From positions 62,001 to 126,000 of the IMG/VR virus record IMGVR_UViG_3300020165_000007: DNA of 64,000 nt. The stretch is one strand, 5' to 3'. The position numbers and the translations under genes are program-made. This document shows, piece after piece, positions 38,016-46,509 of this stretch; the first letter of the stretch is position 1, and every line of letters starts with the position of its first letter. The notes below the pieces were generated by a model. It was not told the DNA's origin, made no database searches, and saw only the letters and a list, made by a program, of their open reading frames with translations.

Positions 38016-38064
38016 ACGATTTATTTTTATTAAAAAATTAATATATTTTAATAAAATATAATAC

Positions 38065-38772
38065 ATGTCAACAAAACAAAAAGGTAATGAAAAGCCCTTT
38101 AATAATGTTAAGGAGTTAGTTAATTCTATAGTAAATCGTAAAACAAGGAAAAAGTTTTTATCGGATAATCAGAAAACTTACTACCAAACATTATTAGATA
38201 ACGAAATAACGATATGTTCAGGTCCTGCGGGAGTAGGTAAATCTTTTATCGCTATGAGAGCAGCTATAGATTTACTATTAGATAAGGATAATGCATATGA
38301 AAAAATTATTATTGTTAGACCGGCGGTGGAGGCTGAAGAAAAATTAGGTTCTTTACCTGGTAATTTAGAAGAAAAATTAGACCCTTATATTTTTCCGTCT
38401 TACTACCTACTAAATAAAATCATAGGTAAAGAAGCTAGAGAAAAATTAAAACAGAATGAAGTTATTGAAGTTTTTGCGTTAGCATATATGAGAGGAATGA
38501 ATATTGATAACTCTATATTAATTTTTGAGGAGGCTCAAAACGCGACTCCATCTCAGATGAAACTACTATTAACTAGAATAGGTTTTAATTCTAAATTTTT
38601 AATATCAGGTGATGTGGAGCAAACAGACCGTTATAGAGATAAAACACAATCAGGGTTATATGACGCTTTAAAAAGATTTAGAAATATTGATGATATCGGA
38701 GTTTTTGAGTTTGATAACAAGGATATCATAAGGAATCCTTTAATAAGTAAGATTTTAGACAATTACGAGTAA
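38065..38772 (+). CDS. phoH: PhoH-family ATPase
   Basis: GPAGVGKS, RPAVEAEEKLGSLPG, YMRG, EEAQN, GDVEQTD, IRNPLI. Confidence 0.95.
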   Translation: MSTKQKGNEKPFNNVKELVNSIVNRKTRKKFLSDNQKTYYQTLLDNEITICSGPAGVGKSFIAMRAAIDLLLDKDNAYEKIIIVRPAVEAEEKLGSLPGNLEEKLDPYIFPSYYLLNKIIGKEAREKLKQNEVIEVFALAYMRGMNIDNSILIFEEAQNATPSQMKLLLTRIGFNSKFLISGDVEQTDRYRDKTQSGLYDALKRFRNIDDIGVFEFDNKDIIRNPLISKILDNYE

Positions 38773-38773
38773 A

Positions 38774-39421
38774 ATGAAAATCGCAATAGATTTAAATGGT
38801 GTAATTAGAGATGTTTTTGGTAAATCAGCTCAGGTTTACGAAAAATTTTATTTAGATGAATTATCTGAATCACCAACCTCTCAGTATAATGAAGAAACCG
38901 AAGAATGGGTTAAAGAAGATAATGATAAAAATTCTTTTGATTACGAATTAAACTTACCAGTTACGTCATTAAATTTAATTGACCACTTTAAGTTTGATAA
39001 TGATGAGGATTTATATGATTTTTTCTATGTTGATTTTCCTATGGAAATATTTGGTCACAGTCCGTCGATACAGAATAATACATTTAATATTTTAAATGAT
39101 ATATATGTGAATTTTAGAGATTTTAATGAAATCACTATAATTTCAGATGAAATAGGTAAGTCCAAACCGGCAACTTTATTTTTCCTATCTAAATACGGAT
39201 GTTTAATCGAAAACATTAAGTTTTATTCAAAAGTGACTTTATCAGATACTTTCGATTCATTTGATGTTATTATTACGTCAAATCCCGATTTATTATCATT
39301 AAAAAATGATAATAAAACTATAATAAAAGTAATAACTACATATAATTCTGAATTTGACGGGGATTACAACATCTCTAATATTGAAGAGTTATCTGAAGTA
39401 TTAACAAAAATTAATATATAA
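38774..39421 (+). CDS. HAD-fold 5'(3')-deoxyribonucleotidase-like protein (motif I degenerate)
   Basis: MKIAIDLNGVIRD...KPATLFFL; DLNG replaces DxDG. Confidence 0.55.
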   Translation: MKIAIDLNGVIRDVFGKSAQVYEKFYLDELSESPTSQYNEETEEWVKEDNDKNSFDYELNLPVTSLNLIDHFKFDNDEDLYDFFYVDFPMEIFGHSPSIQNNTFNILNDIYVNFRDFNEITIISDEIGKSKPATLFFLSKYGCLIENIKFYSKVTLSDTFDSFDVIITSNPDLLSLKNDNKTIIKVITTYNSEFDGDYNISNIEELSEVLTKINI

Positions 39422-39425
39422 TAAT

Positions 39426-39695
39426 ATGTTGGAAATTTTAGGAGAAATGTATTACATAGATTTAAATGAATTAAGTGATACTATTGATATGTCCATCCCT
39501 ACAATAAGTGGTGAAACTGAACAAACTATAAACTTAGTTTCATTTGAAGTTTTAAAGATGATGCTTGAGGTTATAATGACTGAACGTGAGGAAGTTGACG
39601 AAAATTTAGGCATCCACTCGGTTAAAAATTTAAGTATTCCCTTTAAAATTGCATTTAATACATTATTAAAACATCAAATACTAAAACATTTATAA
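39426..39695 (+). CDS. Hypothetical protein
   Basis: 89-aa ORF in operon. Confidence 0.7.
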   Translation: MLEILGEMYYIDLNELSDTIDMSIPTISGETEQTINLVSFEVLKMMLEVIMTEREEVDENLGIHSVKNLSIPFKIAFNTLLKHQILKHL

Positions 39696-39697
39696 AA

Positions 39698-40762
39698 ATG
39701 AATGAAGAAACGTTACTAAAAGTAGAAAAGTCTATCGAGAACTTACGTGATAAGTCCTCTAGAATTTATTTTATGGTTCAGGATACTAAAGGTAATCCTA
39801 AGGCCGGTGTTAGGATGTCATATCAAATGGCTCAAACATTAAAAGAAGAAGGTTATAATACCTTTATTATGCATGAAAAAAATGATTACACCGGTGTATC
39901 ATCATGGATGGGTGAAAAATATATGGAAATCACACACTCATCAATAGAAAATCAAAATTTACAGATATCACCTGAAGATTTTATAATAATACCTGAAGTA
40001 TATGGTCATGTTATGGAACAGGTGTCAAAAATGACATGTGCTAAAATTGTCTTATGTCAAGCTTATGACCATATGTTAGAGACATTACAGGCTGGAACAT
40101 CTTGGTCCCAATACGGATTTTTAAAATGTATCACAACAAGTGAAACTCAAAAAAAATACATTTCAGAAATAATGAAAAATATATCTTTCGATATAATTAA
40201 ACCACTTATTACTGAAGAATTTACCCCTAAAACATTACCATCTAAACCAATCGTTTCTATCCACACAAGAGACCAGAGGGACACTATGAAAATAATAAAA
40301 ACTTTTTATTTAAAATACCCTCAATATAGATGGATTACTTTTAGAGATATGAGAAGTTTAGATACTAAAGAATTCGCCGAATATTTAAAAGACGCGTTTG
40401 TATCAGTATGGGTTGACGATATTTCAGGTTTCGGTACATACCCTATTGAATCAATGGCAAGCAATACTCCTGTAATTGGAAAAGTCCCAAATATGAAACC
40501 GGAATGGTTAAACGATAATAATGGTATATGGACATATGAGTTAAATAACATTCATGATATACTTGCTGAATATATACAGAATTGGTTAGAAGATAATGTT
40601 AATATTGAATTGTACGATAATGGAATTGAAACTTCTAATGAATACAAAAATCAGGATTCCTTTAAATCTTCAGTTATTGAATTATTTGAGGGTTACTTTA
40701 ACTCTCGTAGAGAAATTTTTGAGGTTCAATTAGAAAAAATAAAAGTAGAAGAAGAAAATTAA
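39698..40762 (+). CDS. Glycosyltransferase, GT-B fold
   Basis: IIIPEVY...VLCQAY...VWVDDISGFGTYPIESMASNTPVIG. Confidence 0.75.
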   Translation: MNEETLLKVEKSIENLRDKSSRIYFMVQDTKGNPKAGVRMSYQMAQTLKEEGYNTFIMHEKNDYTGVSSWMGEKYMEITHSSIENQNLQISPEDFIIIPEVYGHVMEQVSKMTCAKIVLCQAYDHMLETLQAGTSWSQYGFLKCITTSETQKKYISEIMKNISFDIIKPLITEEFTPKTLPSKPIVSIHTRDQRDTMKIIKTFYLKYPQYRWITFRDMRSLDTKEFAEYLKDAFVSVWVDDISGFGTYPIESMASNTPVIGKVPNMKPEWLNDNNGIWTYELNNIHDILAEYIQNWLEDNVNIELYDNGIETSNEYKNQDSFKSSVIELFEGYFNSRREIFEVQLEKIKVEEEN

Positions 40763-40767
40763 TTAAA

Positions 40768-41598
40768 ATGGAAAAATTAAATATATCAGTGGTTTTACCT
40801 GTAGAATCTTCTAAACATAAAAATTTTACAGACCTATTTAAATCTTGTATTGTTTCAGTACAACAACAAATTAAAGAATCTGTAAGAGGTGAAAATGTTA
40901 TAGATGATATTGAGTTGGTTATAATCCATTCAGGAGAAGAGAGTTTAGTAGAATTAATTAATAATTCAGACTTTAGTGGGTTAACTACTAATATCATTCA
41001 TAATGAAGGAGATACGGACTTTAGTACTCAAGTTAATTTAGGTATTGAAAAGTCGTCTCACGACTGGGTAACAATATTAGAATTTGATGATGAGGTATCG
41101 AGCATATGGTTTAGGAACGTTTATAAATATATTAACGCATACCCACACATAAAAGGGTTTTTACCTATCGTTGTTGATACTGACGAAAATGACACGTTTG
41201 CAGGATTTACTAATGAAGCTACATTCGCGGCTAACATGAATAGTGAAATTGGAATACTAACCAACGAAGTACTACTAAACTATCAGAATTTCCAAACGAG
41301 TGGTATGGTTTTTAAAAAATCAATATTTGATGACTTTGGTGGTTTTAAGAAATCCTTTAAGTTAACCTTTGTATATGAACTATTATTAAGGTTGACTTAT
41401 AACTCTGTAGAAATAATGACTATACCTAGAATTGGGTATAAACACTCCAATATGAGGGAGGGGTCAATTTTTTGGAACTATAAAAATGGAGAATATCCAT
41501 TAACTCAAGAAGAAGTTTCTTTTTGGATTGAATCAGCAAAAAAAGAACATTTCTTTAAAGATGATAGAGATATAAAATATGAAGTGATTGATATTTAA
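40768..41598 (+). CDS. GT2-like glycosyltransferase
   Basis: ISVVLPV...QVNLGIEKSSHDWVTILEFDDEV...FKKS...YELLLRL. Confidence 0.8.
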   Translation: MEKLNISVVLPVESSKHKNFTDLFKSCIVSVQQQIKESVRGENVIDDIELVIIHSGEESLVELINNSDFSGLTTNIIHNEGDTDFSTQVNLGIEKSSHDWVTILEFDDEVSSIWFRNVYKYINAYPHIKGFLPIVVDTDENDTFAGFTNEATFAANMNSEIGILTNEVLLNYQNFQTSGMVFKKSIFDDFGGFKKSFKLTFVYELLLRLTYNSVEIMTIPRIGYKHSNMREGSIFWNYKNGEYPLTQEEVSFWIESAKKEHFFKDDRDIKYEVIDI

Positions 41599-42350
41599 TG
41601 TTATTAAATGAAACGGGAAATACTGTAAATCCTGAAACTAAAGGTAAGAGGGGAAGAAAGGCTAAATCTCAAAACTATTTTGATGTGAGAGAGGAGAAGG
41701 CTGTTAGGATGTTCCTGACCGCCTCTACATGGGAGGAAAAAAACACCATATACAATGAGTTTTTAAGGGGACCTTTAGATAAAATGATAGAATCTATTAT
41801 TAGAAGATATAAACTATATCGTAAAAATATGGAGTTTAGAGATATTCATAATGATACCCATTCATTTTTAATGACTAAAGTTGATAAATTTAAACCTGAT
41901 AAAAATAAAAAGGCGTACTCTTATTTTGGTACTATATGTAAAAACTATTTAATGGGTCAAATAATAAAAGACCAAAAAGAACAAAATAGAAAAATATCAT
42001 ATGAGGATATCACGACTAAATTAGAAAGTAGACCTGACATGGTATATTATTTAGAGTATGAAAAATTACTACCAGAAAAGGTAATAAAAGAGTTTATAAA
42101 AGAACTAAATAAGTTTATTGATAATACTGATTTAAATAATAATGAATTAAAATTAGGATACGCATTAATTGAGTTATTTGAAAATTATGAGGATATATTT
42201 ATTGGTACGGATAATAATAAATTTAATAAAAATATCATATTATTATCATTGAGAGAAATGACTAATTTAACCACTAAAGAAATAAGGACTTCTATGAAAA
42301 AGTTTAAAAATCTATACTTTGATTTGACCGTTAAATTAAATAACCTATAA
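41598..42350 (+). CDS. Phage sigma factor (T4 gp55-like, putative late transcription)
   Basis: YFDVREE...LDKMIESII...KFKPDKNKKAYSYFGTICKNYL resembles sigma region 2 as in gp55 (F....N.FAYFT). Confidence 0.7.
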   Translation: MLLNETGNTVNPETKGKRGRKAKSQNYFDVREEKAVRMFLTASTWEEKNTIYNEFLRGPLDKMIESIIRRYKLYRKNMEFRDIHNDTHSFLMTKVDKFKPDKNKKAYSYFGTICKNYLMGQIIKDQKEQNRKISYEDITTKLESRPDMVYYLEYEKLLPEKVIKEFIKELNKFIDNTDLNNNELKLGYALIELFENYEDIFIGTDNNKFNKNIILLSLREMTNLTTKEIRTSMKKFKNLYFDLTVKLNNL

Positions 42351-42365
42351 AATACAAATTCAATA

Positions 42366-42374
42366 ATATTTATA
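42366..42374 (+). promoter_or_regulatory. Putative late promoter ATATTTATA
   Basis: Motif 5 nt upstream of ATG 42380. Confidence 0.55.
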
Positions 42375-42379
42375 TTATT

Positions 42380-42751
42380 ATGGGTAGACCAAAAAAGAAA
42401 GAAATAATTTTAAGTAAAGACTCCGTTTTAGGGTTAATGCAAGAAATTTATAACGAACTTGTCGAGCAAAGAGCAACTGCGGTACGTATACAAAATAAAA
42501 TGTTAAACCTATTAAAAGGTGCAGAAGACATGGCGGTTATAGGTCCTGTTATTAAAGAACAACAAAAAATTATAAACGATACCATAGAAAAAAAATTATC
42601 ATTATCTAAACTACAATCATCAATATGGGAAAAATCAACAAATAATAGTGAGGATAATTTTAACTTAGCGGAAATGGACGACGATGTATTACAGGCGCTA
42701 ATTAATAAAGATACTGACGATAATAATAAAGATGGTTATAAAATGAGTTAA
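42380..42751 (+). CDS. Hypothetical helical protein (weak small-terminase candidate)
   Basis: 123 aa, two long amphipathic helices and an acidic tail. Confidence 0.65.
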   Translation: MGRPKKKEIILSKDSVLGLMQEIYNELVEQRATAVRIQNKMLNLLKGAEDMAVIGPVIKEQQKIINDTIEKKLSLSKLQSSIWEKSTNNSEDNFNLAEMDDDVLQALINKDTDDNNKDGYKMS

Positions 42752-42753
42752 TT

Positions 42754-44709
42754 ATGGCTACAGACGTTAAAAAAGGACTTAATGATGCTTCATCTCAAAT
42801 AATCTCTTATGGTACCACCATTAGTGTGCAGGAAACGGAAAAAAAATTAAAGAAACTATCTAATGGTAATAATTTTGAACTATCTAAAAGTGAATCAGTA
42901 AAACAACTTAACGCAATAGGTGATGTTAAACAGAGAGCACAAACAGAGATAAAAAACCAATTTGAGGAGTTAATAGATTTGTTTAAACTGTCTATGCCAT
43001 CCAAACCTGGTATAAACTCTAAAAGTATTGATTTTCTTTTAAAGCAAATTCTTTTAGCTAGCCAAAACACTAAGAGTAGAATCTCAGAAGTATTGGTCGA
43101 GGAAAGTATGAAGGTTGCGGGATGTTCTCAAGAACAGACGTTTGAGGGTAATGACGATAATGACGGACCTAATAAGTTATATGTTAGAGTAAACCAAATA
43201 GATTTATTTAAACTCTTAAAAAAAGACCCTGAAGAAGGATTTAATAGTATTTTATATGAGTCCACTAATCCCGTAAATGGGTCTCAACCATATTCCATGG
43301 ATAAGGAGTTATATAATCGACTTCAAAACGAAGGGTTTTCTTTTAATGACGAATATGGTAGTGATTATATAGGTTCAGCTAACAGTCCCATTATGAATAT
43401 CACATATGTTACCTCATACGTTAAAAATGGTACAACATATTATGGAAATTTTTATGAAATAACTTTAAGGAATAGACCAAATTTAAATCGAGTTTCAGAT
43501 TTTTTAAAGGATTATTATAATTCTATTGATTTTTTGAACTTTGATGGTCTTTCGGTTAAAATTATGAACTCTCTAACTAACTTTATAGATATATCTGGAA
43601 ATTTATCCATTAATGAAAAGGAGGAGCAATCTAAGTTTGAAAAGATAGTGCAGAGAATACTTGGGTTGTGTTTTGATAATAATAAAGAAATTGACGTATC
43701 AGGAAATGCTAAGAATTCTGCTTTAGATACTATTAATGAATCTTTCTTTGAGATGTCACCTATAGATTTACGTAACATCGAAAATAACGTGAATAATATG
43801 GTAAATGGTGTTACTGAGTTTGAGGATTGTAATAATGTTAAAGTTCCTGTAAACGTACAGTCTATATCAAAATCTATAGGTAATATGTCATTTTTACCTG
43901 ATAATGAAAAAATTGATTATTTTATTCAAGAAGCCGATAATATGTCTAAGGACGAAAACTGGAAATTACTTCTACCTGACAGTCTTAATATAAATGTATC
44001 AATAAAAAGTGGAATATTAAAAGTAATCCCACAAGCAGTTGTCCTTACTATTTTATCACCAAAAGTTTTATTAGGTTTAATGGTTATATTAAAATCTTTA
44101 GGTAGTACTATAATTGATGAAATTGAAGGTTTTGATACATTTATGAGAAATATGAAAAGCTTTTTAATTAATTTAGTTAGTCGGATTGGCGCTATTTTTA
44201 TTGAAGAACTTTTTATGTTATTAAAAGCTAATCTAAGAGCGTTAGTTGAAACATTATTAATTGAGGTAGTAAAGGAGTCTAAAAACGCCTCTCTAAGTAT
44301 TGTAACTTCTATTATTTATGCGTTAATACAAGTTGCGTCAGGTATTGTGGATTGGCGACAATGTAAGAGTGTAGTAGATGAAATATTAAATTTATTAAAG
44401 TTAATACCTCAACCTATTCCCGGAATACCTAACTTTGCACTTTCGTCTGCAAGATTACTACCAGGTTACTCACCAACCAGAGCTATGGCATTAATAAATG
44501 AAAATTTACAAAAACTAGGTCTACCTACCGGTGATATGCCTGACGGGTCACCTAATTTAATGTTACCATCTATGTTTCAACAATTAAAAGGTAGTAATCA
44601 AGAAAATCTTAACAACAGTAAAACTGAAATTTATGTACCCGCAACTGCAGTTGCGGCATTTGCTGGAGGGGTAACCTTTCCGGTTAAAGCCTTTGGAAAA
44701 TCTTATTAA
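42754..44709 (+). CDS. Hypothetical 651-aa protein, probably baseplate/tail-associated
   Basis: Late operon upstream of the gp5-like gene; hydrophobic helices near the C-terminus. Confidence 0.7.
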   Translation: MATDVKKGLNDASSQIISYGTTISVQETEKKLKKLSNGNNFELSKSESVKQLNAIGDVKQRAQTEIKNQFEELIDLFKLSMPSKPGINSKSIDFLLKQILLASQNTKSRISEVLVEESMKVAGCSQEQTFEGNDDNDGPNKLYVRVNQIDLFKLLKKDPEEGFNSILYESTNPVNGSQPYSMDKELYNRLQNEGFSFNDEYGSDYIGSANSPIMNITYVTSYVKNGTTYYGNFYEITLRNRPNLNRVSDFLKDYYNSIDFLNFDGLSVKIMNSLTNFIDISGNLSINEKEEQSKFEKIVQRILGLCFDNNKEIDVSGNAKNSALDTINESFFEMSPIDLRNIENNVNNMVNGVTEFEDCNNVKVPVNVQSISKSIGNMSFLPDNEKIDYFIQEADNMSKDENWKLLLPDSLNINVSIKSGILKVIPQAVVLTILSPKVLLGLMVILKSLGSTIIDEIEGFDTFMRNMKSFLINLVSRIGAIFIEELFMLLKANLRALVETLLIEVVKESKNASLSIVTSIIYALIQVASGIVDWRQCKSVVDEILNLLKLIPQPIPGIPNFALSSARLLPGYSPTRAMALINENLQKLGLPTGDMPDGSPNLMLPSMFQQLKGSNQENLNNSKTEIYVPATAVAAFAGGVTFPVKAFGKSY

Positions 44710-44711
44710 AT

Positions 44712-44906
44712 ATGGATGATAAATTAAAAAATGTTATTATAAACTATAAGTCTTTACCTAATAAAGAGTTAGAATTTGGTTTAGGTTTAATAAGTGAAGA
44801 TTTTGAGGACACTAAAAAACTATTAGTTAAACTTACTCACCATTTAGATTCTTTAGAAAAAAGTTATAATAATATATTAGAAGAATATAAAACACGAAAT
44901 AAGTAA
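44712..44906 (+). CDS. Hypothetical coiled-coil protein
   Basis: 64-aa ORF, TAATG-coupled to the next gene. Confidence 0.65.
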   Translation: MDDKLKNVIINYKSLPNKELEFGLGLISEDFEDTKKLLVKLTHHLDSLEKSYNNILEEYKTRNK

Positions 44907-46486
44907 TGGGTCTTGAAGGTAAAAGCAATAATAGAGATATATTAAATTCACAATTAATATATAAAGGTCAGTGTATAAACAATGACGACCCGATGAGACT
45001 TGGTCGGATTAGAGCTTTATTAAAGACTGAAAATCAATCTGACAGAGAAATTGCTAATGAAAATTTTGGTAAACAAACTTATAAAGATTGGGGTGAAAAG
45101 GACCCCTTTGTTTTCAAACCTCTACTACCTTTTTTCATTAATACCCCACCTAAAATAGATGAGTATGTACACCTTTTTTATAATAATATAACTAGAAAAG
45201 GTAGTAAAGATAAATACTATATCGGAGGGGTGTACAGCTCCCCAACCACATCAAATGTTGAGGTTTACGACTCGGCAATTACTAATTTAGAAGAGGGTTC
45301 AAGAAATAAGCCGTTTCCAAATTTATTAAATGAAGAGGGGGAGTATTTTATTAAAGACTCTAAAGGTATATACGCCGACCCTAATGATATAACACTATAC
45401 GGTAGGGGTAGTTGTGATATAGTAATACAAGATAACACAGTACTTTTAAGGGCGGGTAAAAATAAAAATTTTCAAGTAGGTCAGACTCCGAGAAAAAATG
45501 AAAAACGTTCTTTTTTACAATTAAGTAAATTTGACAGTAGGACAGTTTATGGTCAACCAGAAAAGAAATATATATTTGGTTCACAACATAAAGATTTAAA
45601 ATGTTTAATAGAATACGATATTATTAACCCTGAAAATCAAGCGAATAACTTTAGAGGTATCATTTATATCTATAATTTAACACAGCCAATTTCTACTCAG
45701 TCAATATCAGTAAATTTACCTATACCTGAAACGTCTAAATCTTTAATGACTACAGTATCTTTTGAATCAAAGACTATTAATCAAGTAAAAACATTAATTA
45801 ATCAAGTTTTAGAGGGGTTTATTAAGTCAAATATAAATGGTATCGTTACACAACAATCTGAAAATATTACGGTTAGTGGTCCTGAAAGGTTTGATGCAGG
45901 TGGTATTTTCCCCTTTTATTTTAGACCACAAAACAGTTTTTATAAACTTTTAAATGGTGTGAATTCATCAACTAACCCACAAGTAATGTTTAATGTAAGT
46001 AGTATTATATCACAAGTTTCTATTAAACCTACCGATGGTTTAAGTAGAGGTTATAGTTTGGTATATGACAAAAATAAAACAGATTCGGTACCACTTATAC
46101 CTACAAGACAAGATATAATACCTAAAAAAGTGGAGCCTTTTAATAAATCTGTTGGTATTTTTGGTGGTGATGAAATTTATTTGTTATCTCATAATTCGCA
46201 AAAATCAGGTACTAATGGTAAAATCGACTTGTCCGATACACTATACGGAATAAATGAGAATTTAGTTGCCGATGAAATTGAACCTAAAACATCCTCTATG
46301 GTTAGGGGTGAAGAATTATTAGACTTATTAAACTTAATGATTCGATTTTTGGTGGGTCACGTACATGCGTACCCCGGTTTACAACCCGTACCTCAAAGTG
46401 TTGACGGTGTTACTGTAGATAACCTTCTTGAGGAGTTATTAAATGCGCAAGATACAATTTTAAATAAGAATATTCGTATAAACTGA
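44906..46486 (+). CDS. Baseplate central spike / hub (gp5/VgrG/gpV-like OB-fold, HxH tip)
   Basis: N-terminal GQCINNDDPMRLGRIRA...PLLP...PKIDEYV matches gp5/gpV OB-fold; C-terminal RGEELLDLL...GHVHAYPG. Confidence 0.7.
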   Translation: MGLEGKSNNRDILNSQLIYKGQCINNDDPMRLGRIRALLKTENQSDREIANENFGKQTYKDWGEKDPFVFKPLLPFFINTPPKIDEYVHLFYNNITRKGSKDKYYIGGVYSSPTTSNVEVYDSAITNLEEGSRNKPFPNLLNEEGEYFIKDSKGIYADPNDITLYGRGSCDIVIQDNTVLLRAGKNKNFQVGQTPRKNEKRSFLQLSKFDSRTVYGQPEKKYIFGSQHKDLKCLIEYDIINPENQANNFRGIIYIYNLTQPISTQSISVNLPIPETSKSLMTTVSFESKTINQVKTLINQVLEGFIKSNINGIVTQQSENITVSGPERFDAGGIFPFYFRPQNSFYKLLNGVNSSTNPQVMFNVSSIISQVSIKPTDGLSRGYSLVYDKNKTDSVPLIPTRQDIIPKKVEPFNKSVGIFGGDEIYLLSHNSQKSGTNGKIDLSDTLYGINENLVADEIEPKTSSMVRGEELLDLLNLMIRFLVGHVHAYPGLQPVPQSVDGVTVDNLLEELLNAQDTILNKNIRIN

Positions 46487-46495
46487 ATATTTATA
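46487..46495 (+). promoter_or_regulatory. Putative late promoter ATATTTATA
   Basis: Motif 14 nt upstream of ATG 46510. Confidence 0.6.
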
Positions 46496-46509
46496 TAAAA
46501 AACTTATCT

